Assembly (NCBI GenBank): GCA_964410555.1
Contig: CAYPHM010000009.1
Location: forward strand, 7,488 to 71,487
Length of the DNA stretch: 64,000 nucleotides
Source: an uncultured Chloroflexaceae bacterium
Lineage (GTDB): Bacteria > Chloroflexota > Chloroflexia > Chloroflexales > Chloroflexaceae
Direction of reading: 5' to 3'
In this document: in pieces, positions 27,218 through 36,833 of the stretch
How positions within the stretch are numbered: position 1 is the stretch's first letter
Layout of the letters: each line of letters opens with the position of its first letter
Translations under genes and position numbers: made by a program
The notes under the pieces: generated by a model
Seen by the model: the letters and a program-made list of their open reading frames with translations, nothing else
The model's database searches: none
What the model was told of the DNA's origin: nothing

Positions 27218-28768
27218 ATGAAACGTTGGTTTAATACCGCCGGACCGTGCAATCCCGAAGATCACTACATGCTCTCCCCTATGGCTCGGCTGCCGCAGGT
27301 GCAACGGCTTATTGATCAAAAACTGTATTTTGTACTGCATGCCCCGCGACAGACGGGTAAGACCACGGCATTGTGGTCGCTTGCCAAAGAACTGACCGCA
27401 GAGGGAACCTATATCGCTGCGTTGGTCTCCATGGAAGTTGGCGCAGCCTTTCCTGATTCTATTGACAAGGCAGAGTATGCCATTTTGGGCAGTTGGTATG
27501 GCTCGCTAACCGTTGAATTACCGCCTGAATACCACCCTCCCAAATGGACAGATACCGGAGAGGGCTTTGGTATCAGTATGGCATTACAGACATGGACGCA
27601 GCAAGCATCACGTCCGCTGGTGCTCTTTCTCGACGAGATAGATGCGCTGAGTAACATGACCCTCATCTCAGTATTACGCCAATTGCGGGATGGCTACCGG
27701 TTACGTCCCCAAGCGTTCCCGTGGTCGTTGGCACTCATTGGCTTACGAGATGTGCGCGACTACAAAGTCGCTTCGGGGGGGAGTGATAGGTTGCATACCT
27801 CTAGCCCCTTCAACATCAAAGTAGAATCTATCACGCTCCGCAACTTTACCCACGAGGAAGTCGGGATGCTCTATCAGCAACACACGGAAGATACGGGGCA
27901 GGTGTTCACCCCTGAAGCGGTAGCACGGGCATTTCACCTCACCCAGGGGCAGCCCTGGTTAGTCAATGCGCTCGCCCGACAAGTCGTGGAAAACCTCGTC
28001 CCTGACCCGACTATGCCTATCACACCGGAGCATATAGACGCGGCAAAAGAAATCCTCATCCAACGGCAGGATACCCACCTCGACAGTTTGGCAGAGCGAC
28101 TGCGGGAGCCACGGGTACAGCAGGTGATAGAACCGATCTTGGCAGGACAAACGTTGGATGACATCCCAACCGATGACATCAAGTTTGTGCTAAATCTTGG
28201 ACTGTGCCGTATGGATCAGGCGGGGGGATTAGTGATTGCCAATCCTATCTACCAAGAAGTCTTACCGCGAGTATTGGCGTATACGACTCAAGCATCGCTG
28301 CCTCATATCCAGGATACATGGCGCACCCCTGACGGCAACCTAGACTTCAACAAACTATTGGAAGCCTTTTTGCTTTTCTGGCGGCAGCACGGCGAACCCT
28401 TGCTCAGAACTGCCTCCTACCACGAGATCGCCCCGCACCTCGTGCTGATGGCGTTCTTGCATCGGGTGGTCAACTCAGGCGGCACGATAGAACGGGAGTA
28501 TGCGATTGGCAGTGGACGCATGGACTTGTGTGTACGCTATGGCACCCAAGCTCTCGCGCTGGAACTGAAGGTCTGGCGAGATAGGGAATCTGACCCGCTG
28601 CCACAAGGGTTAGCGCAACTGGACAAATACCTCAGTGGCTTGTCGCTGGAGACGGGGTGGCTTGTCATCTTTGACCAGCGGAGCGACCAGGGACGAATAG
28701 CCGAGCGCACGACAACGGAACAGGCAACGACCCCTACCGGGCGGGTGGTGACAGTGGTGCGAGCGTGA
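27218..28768 (+). CDS. AAA-type ATPase with C-terminal PD-(D/E)XK-like motif, copy B (inverted duplicate of copy A)
   Basis: The last ~345 aa are identical to copy A. The N-terminal ~65 aa are near identical and residues ~67-175 are diverged. Confidence 0.8.
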   Translation: MKRWFNTAGPCNPEDHYMLSPMARLPQVQRLIDQKLYFVLHAPRQTGKTTALWSLAKELTAEGTYIAALVSMEVGAAFPDSIDKAEYAILGSWYGSLTVELPPEYHPPKWTDTGEGFGISMALQTWTQQASRPLVLFLDEIDALSNMTLISVLRQLRDGYRLRPQAFPWSLALIGLRDVRDYKVASGGSDRLHTSSPFNIKVESITLRNFTHEEVGMLYQQHTEDTGQVFTPEAVARAFHLTQGQPWLVNALARQVVENLVPDPTMPITPEHIDAAKEILIQRQDTHLDSLAERLREPRVQQVIEPILAGQTLDDIPTDDIKFVLNLGLCRMDQAGGLVIANPIYQEVLPRVLAYTTQASLPHIQDTWRTPDGNLDFNKLLEAFLLFWRQHGEPLLRTASYHEIAPHLVLMAFLHRVVNSGGTIEREYAIGSGRMDLCVRYGTQALALELKVWRDRESDPLPQGLAQLDKYLSGLSLETGWLVIFDQRSDQGRIAERTTTEQATTPTGRVVTVVRA

Positions 28769-28827
28769 CATTATCTAACGAATAACGAATAACATACTGA
28801 TGCATACAACCTAATCTAATCTATCTT

Positions 28828-29730
28828 ATGATGAAAAACCAACTGTATCCAATATTTCTTATCTTGCTTGCCCTCACCCTAGGGGCTTGTGCTGCCTCGA
28901 CTCCCGCATCACCTACCCTCAACGCCCCTCCAACCGGCACTATTACCTACGTCTCTACCCACGATGGTAACGACGACATCTATACGATCCCAGTTGATGG
29001 TGATACTCCCACCCGCATCACGACTGATCCCGCTACCGATGATGCACCAGCGTGGTCGCCGGATGGCACCCGTATTGCCTTTTCCTCTACCCGCACTGGC
29101 ACCCGCGATATTTACACTATAGCTCATGATGGCAGCGATCTTACCCGCATCACTACCTCTCCCGCAATGGATATGTCCCCCGCTTGGTCGCCAGATGGTA
29201 CTCGTCTAGCCTTTTCCTCAGAGGTTGAGGGCAACCGCGACATTTACACTATAGCCAGCGATAGCAGCAATCTCACCCGTCTGACCACCAACCCTGCCGC
29301 CGATGACTCGCCGGTGTGGTCGCCAGATGGCACCCGCCTTGCTTTCTCGTCTACCCGCGATGGCAACGCGGAAATCTATGTAATGCAACAAGATGGCACA
29401 AACCAGATGAACATTACTCAAGACCCCGCTCGTGATTATGAACCATCGTGGTCACCGGATGGGAGCCGTATTGCCTTCTCTTCCTTTCGCAACAACAACG
29501 TAGACATCTACGTGATGCAACAGGATGGCAGCAGTATCACTCGCCTAACTACCAATGTCTCTACCGACATGTCGCCATCGTGGTCGCCAGATGGGGCATA
29601 TATTGTTTTCCATACCTTTACCAATGGGACGTTTGACCTATTCTTAATTACCAGCGATGGCAGCACACAAACCCGACTTACCCCCTCAACGACATTTGAT
29701 TGGTCACCCCATTGGATTGCTACCAAATAA
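28828..29730 (+). CDS. TolB-like beta-propeller (PD40/WD40-like repeat) lipoprotein
   Basis: Lipobox LALTLGAC, then about 6-7 repeats of ..D..P.WSPDG.R.AF.S.R.GN.DIY... Confidence 0.8.
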   Translation: MMKNQLYPIFLILLALTLGACAASTPASPTLNAPPTGTITYVSTHDGNDDIYTIPVDGDTPTRITTDPATDDAPAWSPDGTRIAFSSTRTGTRDIYTIAHDGSDLTRITTSPAMDMSPAWSPDGTRLAFSSEVEGNRDIYTIASDSSNLTRLTTNPAADDSPVWSPDGTRLAFSSTRDGNAEIYVMQQDGTNQMNITQDPARDYEPSWSPDGSRIAFSSFRNNNVDIYVMQQDGSSITRLTTNVSTDMSPSWSPDGAYIVFHTFTNGTFDLFLITSDGSTQTRLTPSTTFDWSPHWIATK

Positions 29731-29784
29731 GCTATGTACCAGGGTTCTGGCAAAGTTGCCCAATCAAAAGATTAGCCTTCGTCT

Positions 29785-29950
29785 TTCCCCCCCGCCCCGC
29801 GTGGTCTGAGCGGGTGTGGTAGCAAGGGAGTGGGGGGGTAGCAAGGGAGCATGCTCCCTTGCTACCCCCCCCTTTCTCCCCACGATGGGGGCAGGGGTTG
29901 GGGGAACGGGAGCAAAAAAGGGCTATGATTTCTTTCATTGCAGGGTTCAA
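29785..29950. repeat. GC-rich repeat cluster with a 40-nt palindrome
   Basis: G7-TAGCAAGGGAGCATGCTCCCTTGCTA-C7 at 29832-29871, a partial direct copy TGGTAGCAAGGGAG just upstream, then GGGGCAGGGGTTGGGGGAACGGGAGCAAAAAAGGGC. Confidence 0.9.
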
Positions 29951-29971
29951 CCATATTGGTTTTTGCGTTGC

Positions 29972-30814
29972 CTACCCATCCTGTTCTTGGGACGCTTGGG
30001 ATGATGAGGAAGATGACGGTAGCGATTGTTCATCTGGCTTAGTTATAGCAAATACTGAACGGCTAGGCGGCAGCACCAACACGATATGCTCCAAGAACCC
30101 CAATGTTGCCGCAGTAGCCAGAAAACTCGTCCCAATAGCCACAGTAGATGGCGCAAGCTGGATAGCCTGTATCCACAGCATCACCGCCCACACCCCCACC
30201 AACAACACCATAGGAAAAAAGAGCCGATTGTAGGGGCGATTGGTCCAGTAGGAGCCGAGGTAACGCATATGCTTGGGCAACAATCGTGGTTCAAAGTTTC
30301 GCATACCCAACAGGATATTGAGCTTGGCACTGAGTTGGAATACCCAAAGCATCACAAACAGTTGAAAACCAAATTTGTTGGTGGCATTTTGATGAAGCCA
30401 CCAGAGTACCAGCGTGTCGCAGCCAATAGCCCCAATGTGGTAGAGGTGTGTTTCAATGGCACAGCGAAGCCGCTGCCAACCGCCAGCATCCGTAGGGCAA
30501 CCGGTGGTCCTTGGTCCCGTGATAATCCCGCTATAGAATGCCAACTCGTGCCATGCCCATATTACCATAGCTGCAATGAACGTGTGATAATAACCGCTGA
30601 TACTTTGGACATTGCGAAATACCCAAAGGTGGTAATGGGCAAGTACCAACAGGGCAAAGGTACCAACGAGTAATGCCCGGCGTACCCAGATTCCCCGACT
30701 ATTGAGCCAGAGCATACTCATAGTCAACCCTCCCCAAATGACCAGGGTTGTCAGCAATGGGTAGAGGTAGAGGTGTTGCCAGGGTATCACAGGCGATATA
30801 GAGTTTACAAACAT
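29972..30814 (-). CDS. Polytopic membrane protein, DUF3623/PuhE-like (from memory of the family pattern)
   Basis: VIWAWHELAFYSGIITGPR..CP, SAKLNILLGMRNF and LGFLEHIVLVLP resemble what I recall of PuhE-type proteins. Not verified by search. Confidence 0.5.
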   Translation of the reverse strand: MFVNSISPVIPWQHLYLYPLLTTLVIWGGLTMSMLWLNSRGIWVRRALLVGTFALLVLAHYHLWVFRNVQSISGYYHTFIAAMVIWAWHELAFYSGIITGPRTTGCPTDAGGWQRLRCAIETHLYHIGAIGCDTLVLWWLHQNATNKFGFQLFVMLWVFQLSAKLNILLGMRNFEPRLLPKHMRYLGSYWTNRPYNRLFFPMVLLVGVWAVMLWIQAIQLAPSTVAIGTSFLATAATLGFLEHIVLVLPPSRSVFAITKPDEQSLPSSSSSSQASQEQDG

Positions 30815-30920
30815 ACCCTGTAAAGCCTATGATCTGTAATGGTAAGATATGTGGGCTTTATAAGTTTGAGCATCTTGAGATAAACTTGCACAGGTATCCT
30901 TATGTGGTATTATTAAAGCT

Positions 30921-31148
30921 ATGAGAACATTTGCGTTTCGTCTGTATCCCAATAAGAAGCAACGTGATCAGCTTGATAGCATCCTGTCCGAATCGCGCCT
31001 TATCTACCATGAGATGCTGGCACACACAAAGCAGGTCTATCAGGAAATAGGTACATTTGTGTTCACGTATGGTCTCACGAAGGTGTTTGCAGGTCGCGGT
31101 AAGGGCAAAGTTCCTGCCAGCACCGTACTATTCTCCGTAAAGCATTAG
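30921..31148 (+). pseudogene. IS200/IS605-IS607 accessory TnpB (OrfB), N-terminal ~70 aa fragment
   Basis: MRTFAFRLYPNKKQRDQLDSILSESRLIYHEML.. is the hallmark TnpB N-terminus. The ORF ends after 75 aa, so the RuvC and zinc-finger parts are absent. The surroundings are AT-rich. Confidence 0.65.
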
Positions 31149-31315
31149 CGGCGGGGGCACCGCCTTCAGATGCTCACCTTCCCGTTGGGGCTGGTTATCT
31201 GAAAAGTCCAATCTTTGAGGATTGGGAGTTGTTACAAAATTCAAGATTACGGCTATGCTATAGTCATGACAAAACGTGAATCGTATTGTAGCATACGTTT
31301 ATCCTACCTTGTTTT

Positions 31316-33340
31316 ATGTCCTTAGAACGACCATCGTTTAGTACTATGCTTCAACCCCGCCATTGGTCGCTGCATGTGCCGACATTTCGTTGGCTACTTC
31401 CGCTTGCAATAGGCAGCATAGCCCTACTCTTGTTTGTCACAGAAGTATGGCTTTTTTCCCATACCTACCCCCAAATTCGGTTACAACCGGAGAGCAACGA
31501 AGCGGTCTCGGTGCTCGATGGCTTTCATGCGGTGGAAACAGACGGACGCGGGGACTACCGTTGGACAACCAGCAACAGTACGTTGCGGTTTATCCAGTTT
31601 GGGCGTGGCGATACGCTCATCTTTGGCTTGACGCTTGGCCCTGCTCCGCCTACAGGTGCGCCATCACACGTCCGTATAGCCTATGGGGATGCGCCAAAGC
31701 AAGTCAAGCAACGGCAACCTCTGGTGTTGCCATTGGATGAACATGGCAAACCGCGCACCTATCGGTTGCTTGTCCCCCCGGAATACTGGACATCTGCTAA
31801 TCTGACCGTCCATCTCCAGAGTGCCACTACCGCTGTTGCCCCAGACACGCGCCAAGTTGGGCTACGCCTAGAGGGGGTAACGTTGGGGTTTCTCAGCAAA
31901 GGTATGGCTTATCCCCCACTGGCAAGCATACTTGTCCAGTTCCTCTTCCTGGCAACATGGACACTGCTGCTGTATCGGTTGCATACTCCCCCGCTCATCC
32001 TCATCGGCGTAATAGTGGGCATTGCCCTATTGCTCTTACTGCTCTACCACCTGCACTTGCTCTTGATGTATCGCTATCTCGTGCGCTTGCTGTTGGTATC
32101 GGGGGTATTGCTCCTGCTCACCTATGCTATCTTGCCCCAAGCAGAACGGTATGCCGGCTGGATTGCGCCTGCGCCACTGATGCGGTTGTTGTGGGGTGTT
32201 ACCATGTTGGCGTGTATGCTGCGGCTCGGCGGGTCGCTCTACCCCAACTTTGCTGCCTATGACCTCTCACTCAATGTGGGAAGGTTGCTTAGTACCCTCT
32301 ACGGTACTCTCGTTGACACCAATAACTCGATTGAGTTTCGTAATGGGGTGACAGTCTATCCATCCGGTCCCTACGTACTGCTGCTGCCAGGCGTATTGGC
32401 TCATATCCCGTTGCCATTACTGGTCATGAGTGGGGTTGCGCTTATAGATGGCTTTGGGGCATTGACCGTTGCGGCAATGGCGCGGGTATTTGGGATGAGC
32501 CAACGTACTTCCCTATTTGCTGCGCTATTCTATGCGGCTATCCCCATCAACCTGACTGCGCTTTGGTGGGGGCTATCGGCGCAGGTCTTTGGACAAGCGT
32601 TAATGCTCCCATTGACCATTGCCTTACTGGTCGCGTTTCAGCCGCCGTGGAACAAGGCTGCTGACACCCACCAAGAACGGTTGCGTAACCGGGGGTGGTT
32701 ATGGTTTGTGGTGTTGTTCAGTATGGCGTTGCTCTCGCATATCGGCGTGGCTATCCTAGCCGTAGCATGGCTTGGGTTGGTATGGGGTGTCCTATGGCTA
32801 CGTCACACCCTGCCAATGGCGGTCTGGTGGAGCTATACGCTCAAATTGACCATCAGCATTTTGATAGGTGTTGCGTTAGTCTATGCAACAGCAGCAGTAC
32901 TGATTGTTACGGAGTTTTTGGCTGTTGGTAACAAAGTTGCCACAAGCGACTATGTGCCTGCCTATTGGCTTATCTACCGTGGCTTCAAAATTGCCTTTCA
33001 CGAGCTTGGCTTTTGGCTGATGATTCCTGGGTTGTTGCTCTTTTGGCGCAGGTCTCTGCCAGTAGGGGGGCATGTGCTCGTTGGGAGTTGGCTTGGCATA
33101 GTGGCTATCTTTTGGGCTATTGAGATGCTAACTGCCCTCCAGGTGCGCTATATCTACTTTATGGTTCCGTTGGTCTGTATTGGCATTGGGCTATTGCTTG
33201 ATACGTTGGCTCGTCGGGGGATGTCGGGGTATGCTGTGGCGTGGGCGGTGATCGTGGTCTTGCTCTTTACGGGTAGTGCCTACTGGTATATCAGCACGTT
33301 TACAGGCGAGATGATGTCCGTGTCTCCCCTGTTGCGCTAG
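31316..33340 (+). CDS. Large polytopic membrane protein with an N-terminal extracytoplasmic domain (possible GT-C-like glycosyltransferase, unverified)
   Basis: One TM segment, a ~150-aa soluble segment, then at least 12 hydrophobic helices. No catalytic motif recognised. Confidence 0.5.
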   Translation: MSLERPSFSTMLQPRHWSLHVPTFRWLLPLAIGSIALLLFVTEVWLFSHTYPQIRLQPESNEAVSVLDGFHAVETDGRGDYRWTTSNSTLRFIQFGRGDTLIFGLTLGPAPPTGAPSHVRIAYGDAPKQVKQRQPLVLPLDEHGKPRTYRLLVPPEYWTSANLTVHLQSATTAVAPDTRQVGLRLEGVTLGFLSKGMAYPPLASILVQFLFLATWTLLLYRLHTPPLILIGVIVGIALLLLLLYHLHLLLMYRYLVRLLLVSGVLLLLTYAILPQAERYAGWIAPAPLMRLLWGVTMLACMLRLGGSLYPNFAAYDLSLNVGRLLSTLYGTLVDTNNSIEFRNGVTVYPSGPYVLLLPGVLAHIPLPLLVMSGVALIDGFGALTVAAMARVFGMSQRTSLFAALFYAAIPINLTALWWGLSAQVFGQALMLPLTIALLVAFQPPWNKAADTHQERLRNRGWLWFVVLFSMALLSHIGVAILAVAWLGLVWGVLWLRHTLPMAVWWSYTLKLTISILIGVALVYATAAVLIVTEFLAVGNKVATSDYVPAYWLIYRGFKIAFHELGFWLMIPGLLLFWRRSLPVGGHVLVGSWLGIVAIFWAIEMLTALQVRYIYFMVPLVCIGIGLLLDTLARRGMSGYAVAWAVIVVLLFTGSAYWYISTFTGEMMSVSPLLR

Positions 33341-33390
33341 GGGCTTGGGGGGCTTGATGCCGATTTGGTACCAAACCTACAATAGTGCTC

Positions 33391-33640
33391 ACCCGCTCCC
33401 CCTTGCTCTCCTTACAAGGGTAGGTCTGTCTACCTTTTTATTCTCCCCCTGCCCCCGCTCCCATAGGGCGACACTCGCTCTCCCCCTGCCCCCGCTCCCG
33501 ACACCCTCTCCCCCTGCCCCCTCTCCCATTCCAGGGCGAGGGGGAGCTGCCCGGTTCCCCTTCTCCCGTGTAGCGGGGGAAGGGGCTAGGGGATGGGGGG
33601 ATGCGCGGTGGGACGCGGGGCTAGGGGATGGGGGGGTTGC
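33391..33640. repeat. GC-rich modular repeat cluster (D-like, A and B units)
   Basis: ACAAGGGTAGGTCTGTCTACC, several CTCCCCCTGCCCCCGCTCCC units, and GGTTCCCCTTCTCCCGTGTAGCGGGGGAAGGGGCTAGGGGATGGGGGG. Confidence 0.9.
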
Positions 33641-33751
33641 TCGAACTTTGACGTAGCCCTATAGGTAGTATTGCATCCCCGTGCAGAAATCAGGTATAAT
33701 GCTCTATGGTAAAGGTTAGCCACAACGCTAACGAAATGAGAGGATGTCCCA

Positions 33752-36700
33752 ATGTCTACCTTCACCATGGATGCCAATGACCCCGCTATTGATTCCTACT
33801 ATGCCCAATTGCGCCAGTATCGCCAGCAACAGGCATCCCACGAAATGGCTATCCGTCAAGCCTTCGCCAACTTGTTGGAGCGCGTCTCAGCCACTGTTAC
33901 CTGGACGCTCATCTTGGAGCGGACGCTCGACAACCGCGCTCGCCCCGATGGGGTGCTGCTGGATACCCTCCGCATCCCGCGGGGCTATTGGGAAGCCAAA
34001 GACCCCAACGATACCCTCGATGAAGAAATAACCAAGAAAATCGAGCGGGGCTACCCCACCTTCAACACCATTTTTGAGAATAGCGAACGCGGCGTGTTGT
34101 ATCAGTATGGCAAGGTCGTGTTGGACGTAGACTTGCGTAGTCCTAGCGAGTTAGCCAAGCTCCTCTCGCGCTTTTTCAGCTACACCGGTGCCGATATTGA
34201 GAAATTCAACGCAGCAGTGCGGGAATTTCAAGAGCGCATCCCCCTGCTTGCCCACGAATTGATAGCCCGTATTGACCAGGAGTTTGCCGACAATAGCGCG
34301 TTTCAAAAAGCGTTTACCGCCTTTCATACGTTGTGTCAACAGTCTATGCATCCCAACATCAGCCGGGGCGTGGTCGAAGAAATGCTGGTGCAACATCTGC
34401 TCACCGAGCGGCTCTTCCGTACCATCTTTGACAACCCCGAATTTGTGCAACGCAATGCGATTGCTGCCGAAATCGAAACGGTGATTACGGCACTCACCAG
34501 TCGAGCGTTTAGCCGACGGGATTTTTTTGGGCAACTAGATACGGTGTATCATACGATTGAAGAGAATGCACGGCGTATTGAGGATTTTACCGCGAAACAA
34601 CCCTTCTTAAATGTCGTCTACGAACGCTTTTTTCACGGCTTTTCGGTGAAGCAAGCGGACACGCACGGCATTATCTACACGCCGCAAGCTATTGTAGATT
34701 TTATGTGTGCGAGTGTGGAAGAGGTATTGCAACAAGAGTTTCACCTGACGCTTGCCTCACCGAGGGTACAGATACTCGACCCATGTGTGGGGACGGGCAA
34801 CTTCATGCTCAACCTGCTTCAGCGTATCCCCAAGCGCGACCTAGCACGAAAATATGAGCACGAATTGTTTTGCAACGAGGTCTTGCTTTTGCCCTACTAT
34901 ATCGCCTCGTTGAATATTGAACACGCCTATTTTACCTTAATGCAGCAGTATCAAACGTTCCCTGGCATCTGTTTGGTAGATACGCTCAACCTTGCCGAAA
35001 GCCAACAACAAACGTTTTTCAACGAAGTGAATAGCCAGCGGATGGCACGGCAAAAAGATGCCCAATTGATGGTCATTATCGGCAATCCTCCCTACAACGT
35101 GGGGCAGCAAAACGAAAACGACAACAACAAAAACCGTCCTTATACGGTGATAGACGAAAAGATACGCACAACGTATGCCAAAGACTCTCGTGCCAGCAAC
35201 AAAAACGCCTTGAGTGATATGTACGTCAAGTTTTTTCGTTGGGCAGTAGACCGTCTCGAAGACCGCGATGGCATCGTGTGCTTTGTGACCAATAACTCTT
35301 TTGTCAATCAAATCGCTTTTGATGGTATGCGTAAGCATCTTTTGCAAGACTTTACCCACATCTATCACCTTGATTTACATGGCAATGTCCGGCAGAATCC
35401 CAAACTCTCAGGAACGAAACACAATGTATTTGGTATTCAGGTGGGGGTAGGCATAACTATTGCCATACGCAATCGGAAGAATCCTACTTGTGGGTTGCGC
35501 TATTTTCGTGTGCCTGAGTATTGGGATAGAGAAGAGAAATATGCTTTTTTGGCAACAAAAGGAGCTATTCAATATATAGCGTGGCAAGAATTACAGCCAG
35601 ATGCCAAAGGAAATTGGCTCACTGAAGGGTTACATGCTGAGTTTGCTACCTTTTTGCCCTTGGGTACAAAACCAGCCAAAGCAGACAACCGACACGATGT
35701 CGAAACGATATTCAAGACCTATTCAATAGGAGTTCAAACAGGACGTGATAGTTGGTTATATAATTTTCACAGAGAAGAACTTATTACAAAAGCTCGTATG
35801 ATGATAAAGACCTACAATGCAGAACTATCACGTTGGATACGAGCGGGAAAGCCAAAAGATATAGATGATTTTGTCTTGGCAGAATCCAGCAAAATCAAGT
35901 GGAGTAGTCGTCTCAAAGAGTGCTTTGTGCGTGAAATAAAGGCTACTTTTCATAAAGACAATATTCGACATGGGCTTTATCGTCCATTTACCCGGCAATA
36001 TTTTTACTTTGATAGTATTATGACCCATCGTCAAGGGCTATTTCCCTACATCTTCCCCACACCCGCCAGCGAAGCCGAGAATGTGGTCATTTGCGTGAAT
36101 ATGACCAATGAAAAACCGTTCACTTGTCTTGTAACAAATACTATACCGAATTTGGTTGTTACTGGGGGATTTGGTTCAGCAACGCAATGTTTCCCCTTCT
36201 ATACCTACGACGAGGACGGCAACAACCGCCGCGAGAATATCACCGATTGGGCAGTGCGCCAGTTTGCCGTACACTATGGACTACCTATCACCAAGTGGGA
36301 CATCTTTCACTACACCTACGCCCTGTTGCACCATCCCGGCTACCGCGAACGCTACGCCGAAAACCTCAAGCGCGAGCTACCTCGCATCCCCATGCTTGGC
36401 ACAAGCGACACCTTCACGACCCTGGTAGCCATTGGGCAGCAGTTGCGTCATCTGCATGTGGAGTATGAAACCGTCGAAGAACATCCCGCATTGGAATGGG
36501 GAGAAAACAAGGCGGTGCCGTGGTCGTGGCAAGTGCAGAAGATGAAGCTCAACCGGGAGAAAACCGCTGTTATCGTCAATCCAAGCCTGACGATAACGGG
36601 TATTCCCCCAAGCACGTTTGCCTATCAGTTGGGCAGTCGTTCGGCATTAGAATGGGTGATAGACCAACACCAAGTCAAAACCGACAAGCGTAGCGGCATC

Positions 36701-36826
36701 ATCAACGACCCCAATCGGGCGGATAACCGCGAATACCTAGCGCGGCTCGTGGGACGAGTTGTTACCGTGAGCGTGGAGACGATGGCGTTGGTGGAGCGGC
36801 TAGGTGCGGAGGTGGATGTGGGGTAG
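33752..36826 (+). CDS. Fused restriction-modification enzyme (Type IIG/ISP-like): PD-ExK-like N-terminus plus gamma-class N6-adenine DNA methyltransferase plus specificity region
   Basis: N-terminal RPDGVLLD..RGYWEAKD (D..ExK), motif I ILDPCVGTGNF, motif IV GNPPYNVGQ, and a long C-terminal region. No helicase domain. Confidence 0.75.
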   Translation: MSTFTMDANDPAIDSYYAQLRQYRQQQASHEMAIRQAFANLLERVSATVTWTLILERTLDNRARPDGVLLDTLRIPRGYWEAKDPNDTLDEEITKKIERGYPTFNTIFENSERGVLYQYGKVVLDVDLRSPSELAKLLSRFFSYTGADIEKFNAAVREFQERIPLLAHELIARIDQEFADNSAFQKAFTAFHTLCQQSMHPNISRGVVEEMLVQHLLTERLFRTIFDNPEFVQRNAIAAEIETVITALTSRAFSRRDFFGQLDTVYHTIEENARRIEDFTAKQPFLNVVYERFFHGFSVKQADTHGIIYTPQAIVDFMCASVEEVLQQEFHLTLASPRVQILDPCVGTGNFMLNLLQRIPKRDLARKYEHELFCNEVLLLPYYIASLNIEHAYFTLMQQYQTFPGICLVDTLNLAESQQQTFFNEVNSQRMARQKDAQLMVIIGNPPYNVGQQNENDNNKNRPYTVIDEKIRTTYAKDSRASNKNALSDMYVKFFRWAVDRLEDRDGIVCFVTNNSFVNQIAFDGMRKHLLQDFTHIYHLDLHGNVRQNPKLSGTKHNVFGIQVGVGITIAIRNRKNPTCGLRYFRVPEYWDREEKYAFLATKGAIQYIAWQELQPDAKGNWLTEGLHAEFATFLPLGTKPAKADNRHDVETIFKTYSIGVQTGRDSWLYNFHREELITKARMMIKTYNAELSRWIRAGKPKDIDDFVLAESSKIKWSSRLKECFVREIKATFHKDNIRHGLYRPFTRQYFYFDSIMTHRQGLFPYIFPTPASEAENVVICVNMTNEKPFTCLVTNTIPNLVVTGGFGSATQCFPFYTYDEDGNNRRENITDWAVRQFAVHYGLPITKWDIFHYTYALLHHPGYRERYAENLKRELPRIPMLGTSDTFTTLVAIGQQLRHLHVEYETVEEHPALEWGENKAVPWSWQVQKMKLNREKTAVIVNPSLTITGIPPSTFAYQLGSRSALEWVIDQHQVKTDKRSGIINDPNRADNREYLARLVGRVVTVSVETMALVERLGAEVDVG

Positions 36827-36833
36827 TATTCAG

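Noticed and set aside
12275-31148. The IS607 tnpA relic and the tnpB relic as the two halves of one element split by an 18-kb insertion, or as ends of a composite transposon.
   Set aside because: The missing tnpA 3' half is not adjacent to the tnpB stub; a minus-strand membrane protein gene lies there. I found no matching terminal sequences. The intervening genes include ordinary chromosomal functions. Independent decay is simpler.
31149-31315. A possible TnpB guide (omega/re) RNA scaffold downstream of the tnpB stub.
   Set aside because: Only a short GC hairpin (GCGGCGGGGGCACCGCC) is visible. Without an intact reference element I cannot show homology to a right end, so this is mentioned only as something to check.
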